A stretch of DNA of 64,000 bases from an uncultured Planctomycetia bacterium (GTDB lineage: Bacteria; Omnitrophota; Gorgyraeia; CAYWPX01): assembly GCA_964460615.1 (NCBI GenBank), contig CAYWPX010000001.1:120073-184072 (forward strand). The letters are read 5' to 3'. Under the pieces are notes generated by a model that saw only the letters and a list, made by a program, of their open reading frames with translations, was not told where the DNA came from and searched no databases. Shown here piece by piece: positions 59,840-64,000 of this stretch. The position numbers and the translations under genes were made by a program. Within the stretch, counting starts at the first letter, position 1, and every line of letters starts with the position of its first letter.

Positions 59840-59978
59840 ATAGTAAAAATGAAGGACGATAGGCGAGGGATGAGAGGATAGTTTGGAGTTGGGAGCGAAA
59901 TCTATCTAAAGATAGATTTCAGGAGTTGGGAGTAAAAAAGTAAAAGAAAAAATGGGCGCCGTCCATATATATATCTAA

Positions 59979-60518
59979 ATGAAAAACTTCATAAATTTTA
60001 TCGTAAAGTACCTAGTATTTGTTTTTTTAGTTGTATTTACATTTATATCTAGCAGTTGTTGTGAGTTTGCTACTTCTGTTGCCCTAACGCACAAAATATC
60101 AAGTATTAGAGTTATTTCCGAAATTGATACAGGAGAAGCAGGAATTATTCAGATAAACGAAATTGATATTACTAAAGTTGCCGAGGATGTTTTTTTAAAG
60201 GGTGGGATAAGGGTGCTAAACAATAAAACATATGAAACGGAAAAATATCCCGGCACATTAAAAGTAATTATTAAATGGATTAAAATTAATGAGGAAAAAC
60301 ACTGCTGTAATTATACAATAAATTATGAATTATCGCAGTTCGATTCTATTGTGCAAGAAAATAACCCATATATTATTTATTCATCAGTTAGTGGGTCGGC
60401 TGGGCTAAAGGATATTAAAGAGAATATTTTAGGTTCTATAAGAAATTGGGTAAAAGATAGTATTAAAAAATCCCAAATATTTATTAAATATGAAAAAAAA
60501 GTCGATGCTTCTATTTAA
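59979..60518 (+). CDS. hypothetical exported or lipid-anchored protein
   Basis: 179 aa; N-terminal hydrophobic segment then Cys (FISSSCC); AT-rich coding region. Confidence 0.5.
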   Translation: MKNFINFIVKYLVFVFLVVFTFISSSCCEFATSVALTHKISSIRVISEIDTGEAGIIQINEIDITKVAEDVFLKGGIRVLNNKTYETEKYPGTLKVIIKWIKINEEKHCCNYTINYELSQFDSIVQENNPYIIYSSVSGSAGLKDIKENILGSIRNWVKDSIKKSQIFIKYEKKVDASI

Positions 60519-60560
60519 TAAAAAATAGGTGTGTCCCTATTTAAAATGGAAGATTAATAA

Positions 60561-61046
60561 ATGATTAAAATCAGATTTATTAATATATTTCTGACGCTAA
60601 TATTAGTAGTTTTAATGAAAACTTCCGGCATTTTTGCCGAAGGAATGCTTAATATCGAAGCAATTGATCTTCTTGATGAGTACAAAATAGTTTGTACCAA
60701 AACCGATCCTTCCTTTGAAGCTACCACTAGCGGTAAATTTATCTTTGATCCGGAAAAAAATAGCAATTACCCAATAGCATTTGTGGTTATGCTCACCCAG
60801 GATAGATCCGAAGGAGAGAATGAAGACGATCTCGATACAGTTATTAAGATGGTCATTTTAAAGGACCCTGTTTACAAAGACCTGATAAATAGCGAAAAAT
60901 CCGCAGACTCCGCCATTATACACATACCCAAGGCGAATGTCAGAAAGTCAGAAACCGAAAAGCATAATCTATCGATCAGTAAATATGAGGATGAACTAAA
61001 AAATTCAGGTGAATATAAAAATATAATATTTCCAGATAAGAAATAG
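60561..61046 (+). CDS. hypothetical secreted protein
   Basis: 161 aa; signal peptide ending SGIFA-EG; AT-rich. Confidence 0.5.
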   Translation: MIKIRFINIFLTLILVVLMKTSGIFAEGMLNIEAIDLLDEYKIVCTKTDPSFEATTSGKFIFDPEKNSNYPIAFVVMLTQDRSEGENEDDLDTVIKMVILKDPVYKDLINSEKSADSAIIHIPKANVRKSETEKHNLSISKYEDELKNSGEYKNIIFPDKK

Positions 61047-61087
61047 CAGGAGAGAGAGTGTAGTTCCTATTAAATTCTTGAAAATTA

Positions 61088-61136
61088 AGATATAACTTAT
61101 TTTAAATCAAATAGTTATAACGTGGTGCCTGGCACC
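61088..61136 (+). repeat. conserved upstream element ending in palindrome GGTGCC-T-GGCACC, copy 2
   Basis: About 45/49 identical to 59035-59082; its 3' end runs into the LamG reading frame. Confidence 0.75.
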
Positions 61137-61639
61137 GTAAAGGCACAGGAGAGACGGTAGGAAGATTTTATACTAGCTCTGGAGTCTCGTTAGTTGAAGG
61201 AGAGTGGTATAATCTTGCTTTTACTAGAAATTACAATACTTCCTCTATCTTAATTGACGGGGTTTCACTGCCCACAATTCAGCCCATAGATTGGGCCAGT
61301 AATATGGAAATTCTAACATCGCCAGTTTATTTGGGCAGTGCCGCAACAGCACCAGGATATGGATTAAGAGGATACTTAGACAATTTACAGATTTGGAATT
61401 ATGCGCGAACTGAGCAGCAATTAAAGGATTCCATTACTAATTTACCGAATGGTAACGAGGAAGGCTTAATGGGGTATTGGAATTTTGATAATATTCAAAA
61501 TGGTGTTGTGCCTGACTTAACTGAATATGGTAATAATGGTTTTATTAATCCGCCTATTTCTACGCCAGAGCCTGTATCAATGCTTTTATTTGGTATCGGT
61601 GGATGGGTGTTGGCGCTATTAAGAAAAAAACGCTCATAA
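61121..61639 (+). pseudogene. LamG-like (concanavalin-type) PEP-CTERM protein, 5'-truncated fragment
   Basis: Frame open from 61121 encodes a LamG C-terminal half (EGEWYNLAFTRNYNTSSILIDGV, DNLQIWNYARTEQQL) and a PEP-CTERM tail (TPEPVSMLLFGIGGWVLALLRKKRS); no N-terminal half or signal peptide; first in-frame ATG at 61304. Confidence 0.6.
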
Positions 61640-61764
61640 TATTGGATTGACTAAATTCTACCTACGCAGTATTATTTAGGAGTAGGAGTAAGGAAAAGGG
61701 TTCCTTACTGAATAGGGATAAGGGTTAGAAAATAATTAGTAGCTGTCCCTAATTAACGTACCCT

Positions 61765-61974
61765 ATGCATTCTGCAATAGATTGGATTCCCATAGAAACT
61801 GTATCATTTAGTAGAATAAAAGAATTCATGACTAATGTAACGACTAAGCTTCAAAATATGCTGCTCGAAGATGTTCTTAAAAACGTTGAAATGGATAAAA
61901 AAGAACGTGAGCTGTTTAAAGCTTTGTATAAAAGTAATGAAGCAATTCTTTGTATTAAATGGCCGGTTTATTAA
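61765..61974 (+). CDS. hypothetical small protein
   Basis: 69-aa ORF; no recognisable motif or clear SD. Confidence 0.3.
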   Translation: MHSAIDWIPIETVSFSRIKEFMTNVTTKLQNMLLEDVLKNVEMDKKERELFKALYKSNEAILCIKWPVY

Positions 61975-62002
61975 AAACGTAAGTTAATTTGGAGGTGGTA
62001 AT

Positions 62003-62047
62003 ATGCAAAACCTCGCGTTAAAAGTAGCTGGATTTGTTTTTGGGTTA
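62003..62047 (+). pseudogene. truncated 5' copy of the small membrane-protein gene
   Basis: ATGCAAAACCTCGCGTTAAAAGTAGCTGGATTTGTTTTTGGGTTA with GGAGGTG SD matches the 5' end of 62111 and 63736; frame stops after 26 codons. Confidence 0.5.
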
Positions 62048-62110
62048 GAAGTAAAAAACGGGTCACACCTATTTATTTGAAATTACTATAGAAAACCGGG
62101 AGGTTCAACC

Positions 62111-62296
62111 ATGCAAGACATCGCGTTAAAAGTAGCTGGATTTGTTTTTGGGTTAGTGGCTATATTACATCTTTTGAGAGTGTTATTTAAAGTAAAGTTT
62201 ACGGCAAATAATATTGTAATTCCTCTATGGCTAAGTGTAGTTGCTTCGATAGTGGCGCTGTTGCTGGCGCTTTTTATGTTCGCGTGTTTGCAATAG
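62111..62296 (+). CDS. small membrane protein, two predicted TM helices (copy 1)
   Basis: 61 aa; paralog of 63736-63924; C-terminal 24 aa identical between copies. Confidence 0.5.
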   Translation: MQDIALKVAGFVFGLVAILHLLRVLFKVKFTANNIVIPLWLSVVASIVALLLALFMFACLQ

Positions 62297-62430
62297 GGGA
62301 AGTTTGGAGTTGGCCTAGATGCCTATACCACTCCTAGTCCTCGTGGTGCTTAACGGCATCGCGGCATGAAATCGCGCATCGCTTGATTTCAGGAGTATGC
62401 GGTAACAAGTCGCAGGCCTCAGATTACATG
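62297..62430 (+). repeat. conserved GC-richer non-coding element downstream of the small membrane-protein gene
   Basis: 62279-62370 appears identical to 63909-64000 where the window ends; contains a 16-codon hydrophobic mini-ORF (MPIPLLVLVVLNGIAA). Confidence 0.6.
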
Positions 62431-62474
62431 CTAAAAGAGAAGAAAATTTTAGTAAAAGTGAGAAAAACATTAAA

Positions 62475-62876
62475 ATGAAAAAGATAAATGTAATACTAGT
62501 AATATTATTAAGCATAAGTTGTATGGGATTTTCGTTTATGAAGAAAGAATTGTCAAAAGAAAAGATATTGGAAATCGCCATTAATAGGGCAAATGAACTT
62601 GGGTTTACTCTCAATCAGGTTACTCCTTACTTTGACGAGGGAAACAAAAGACTTAAAGAACACTCAAGAAATAGCGGCGTGTCCACCTATAACGAAAAGA
62701 AAGAAGAGTGGGTATATGACGCGCCATCTACCCCGACAAAAAAATATCCTGAATTAGAAGATCGAAATTATCAGGCGGTATATTTTGCCCCCAAAGAAAT
62801 GCAGCTTGGTGGCGATCTCTGGATCTTTATAGACAAGAACACCGGGGAAGTGATCTCGTATGTGTTTGGGAAATAA
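62475..62876 (+). CDS. hypothetical lipoprotein or secreted protein
   Basis: 133 aa; N-terminal signal-like segment with Cys (LLSISCMG). Confidence 0.5.
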   Translation: MKKINVILVILLSISCMGFSFMKKELSKEKILEIAINRANELGFTLNQVTPYFDEGNKRLKEHSRNSGVSTYNEKKEEWVYDAPSTPTKKYPELEDRNYQAVYFAPKEMQLGGDLWIFIDKNTGEVISYVFGK

Positions 62877-62880
62877 AGAT

Positions 62881-63010
62881 GCTCAAGGCTCCAGGCTCTA
62901 GGGAAAAACAAAATACCGCTCCAGGTTCGGGGGTGAGTCCCCTTCGGCGAGGCTATGCTTCGCTTTGCACGGGTGAGAGGAAAACCTAGAGCTCTGAGCC
63001 TAGAGCCAAG
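62881..63010 (+). repeat. GC-rich structured intergenic element with long-range inverted repeat
   Basis: GGCTCCAGGCTCTAGGG ...~80 nt... CCTAGAGCTCTGAGCCTAGAGCC; internal GGGG-tgagt-CCCC hairpin; related motifs at 59769-59795 and 30230-30256. Confidence 0.55.
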
Positions 63011-63201
63011 AGCGGGTTTTGTGCTATATTAAATTGATGGAACAACAAAACCCTTTGTGTTATAATAAATGGTAACAGATTCGAGTAACACGGAAAGGGA
63101 ACAAGAAGCAATGGGTCTTTTTGGTAGCAAACAAAATAAAAGTATAAAGGTGAATTAATTTAAGCCGGGGATAAAATTCTCGGTTTTTTTGTTCAAAACT
63201 C

Positions 63202-63239
63202 TTTTAAATTTAAGTATTTATAAAGCGGTGCCTGGCACC
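63202..63239 (+). repeat. partial copy 3 of the GGTGCC-T-GGCACC palindrome element
   Basis: TTTTAAAT...TATTTATAAAGCGGTGCCTGGCACC, 22 nt upstream of ATG 63262. Confidence 0.6.
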
Positions 63240-63261
63240 GAAAAATTAAAAAGGAGAAAAA

Positions 63262-63651
63262 ATGGGAAAAGCTGGAAAGCTATTGATGGTTTGTATTGTT
63301 TTGGTTTTATCTTTATCTTTAGTTGGTTGTGCAACACTTTTTAAACAGAAGTCAAGAACTGTTGGTTTTGATTCTGACCCACAAGGGGCCGATATTTATA
63401 TTAATGGAAATCGAATGGGCAAAACTCCTATGCCTATGAATTTATCTAATTTAAAAGCCGTTACAGTTACCTTTAAAAAAGATGGCTATGAAGATAAGAC
63501 ATACATTATTAATACTAAAGTTGGCGGAGGTTGGGTTGTTTTAGATTGTTTGGGAGGTTTTATACCGGTTATAATAGATGCAGTTACAGAAAATTGGTAT
63601 AACCTTGATACTGACGAAGTAAAAGTTATACTTGATGTTCAAAAGAAATAA
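63262..63651 (+). CDS. hypothetical lipoprotein
   Basis: Signal peptide with lipobox LSLVGC; AGGAGA SD. Confidence 0.55.
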   Translation: MGKAGKLLMVCIVLVLSLSLVGCATLFKQKSRTVGFDSDPQGADIYINGNRMGKTPMPMNLSNLKAVTVTFKKDGYEDKTYIINTKVGGGWVVLDCLGGFIPVIIDAVTENWYNLDTDEVKVILDVQKK

Positions 63652-63735
63652 ATTCTAAAAATTAATTAAGCAATAAAAGTGGTGAGTAATAATAAGGGAA
63701 AAGGGGACGCTTCTATTTAAGTTGAAGGCACAACC

Positions 63736-63924
63736 ATGCAAAACCTCGCACTAAAAGTAGCTGGATGTATATTTGTTATAGTGGCTATTATGCAGCTTTT
63801 GAGAGTGCTATTTAAGGTAAAGATTGTGGTTAATGATAATATTATTGTTCCTATATGGCTTAGCGTGGTGGCTTCGATAGTGGCGTTGTTACTTGCGCTT
63901 TTTATGTTCGCGTGTTTGCAATAG
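63736..63924 (+). CDS. small membrane protein, two predicted TM helices (copy 2)
   Basis: 62 aa; paralog of 62111-62296. Confidence 0.5.
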   Translation: MQNLALKVAGCIFVIVAIMQLLRVLFKVKIVVNDNIIVPIWLSVVASIVALLLALFMFACLQ

Positions 63925-64000
63925 GGGAAGTTTGGAGTTGGCCTAGATGCCTATACCACTCCTAGTCCTCGTGGTGCTTAACGGCATCGCGGCATGAAAT

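Noticed and set aside
62315-62614. 99-aa minus-strand ORF
   Set aside because: Covers the conserved non-coding element and the start of the neighbouring gene on the opposite strand; translation is low-complexity with no start context.
62920-62945. tRNA-like T-arm (GGTTCGGGGGTGAGTCCCC)
   Set aside because: No acceptor stem, anticodon arm or canonical 7-nt T-loop; not a tRNA.
59070-63239. Sigma-54 promoter at the GGTGCC-N-GGCACC palindrome
   Set aside because: TGGCAC is present but no TTGC element at the required spacing downstream in any copy.

Overview
Low-GC (roughly 35-40% by eye) bacterial chromosomal window with almost every gene on the + strand; no rRNA, tRNA or CRISPR array was recognised. 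Gene content in order: a glycan-modification locus (GT2 glycosyltransferases, two tandem NodU/CmcH-type carbamoyltransferases, a methyltransferase, a polyprenol-phosphate sugar synthase with a polytopic membrane protein, a GmhB-like phosphatase, an MGDG-synthase-like glycosyltransferase); housekeeping genes (family-4 UDG, priA, fmt); a CBS-domain protein followed by two GalT-like HIT paralogs; gap, an orphan histidine kinase, pgk, tpiA, secG; a five-gene Opp/Dpp-type ABC transporter; glgC; leuC-leuD-(small ORF)-leuB; asd; truA; rplM-rpsI; argCJBDFGH; lysA-dapF-dapA-dapB-dapL; folK; panC-panD; nadA-nadX. From about 53 kb to the end the window becomes a repeat-rich accessory tail of small, mostly unrelated genes (DUF5674-like pair, THUMP methyltransferase, Smr, YgjP-like metallopeptidase, isochorismatase, DUF1559 prepilin-like protein, flavoprotein, secreted hypotheticals, a truncated LamG/PEP-CTERM gene, duplicated small membrane proteins and lipoproteins). 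The DUF1559 and PEP-CTERM proteins together with NadX and the Fe-S flavoprotein suggest an anaerobic PVC/Omnitrophota-like lineage, but this is inference only. The most unusual signals are: (1) intergenic tandem arrays of degenerate 7-8 nt units that pair as periodically interrupted inverted repeats, bracketing genes in a cassette-like way between 54 and 57 kb; (2) a conserved ~48-nt element ending in the palindrome GGTGCC-N-GGCACC, present three times at ~2.1 kb spacing, one copy sitting exactly where a LamG/PEP-CTERM gene is truncated; (3) duplicated 61-aa membrane-protein genes whose downstream non-coding sequence is better conserved than the coding sequence; (4) two tandem carbamoyltransferase genes with ~0.94 kb of apparently identical 3' sequence; (5) a GalT-like paralog pair in which one copy has lost the nucleophilic histidine. 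All functional calls rest on motif recognition by eye; no database search was run.
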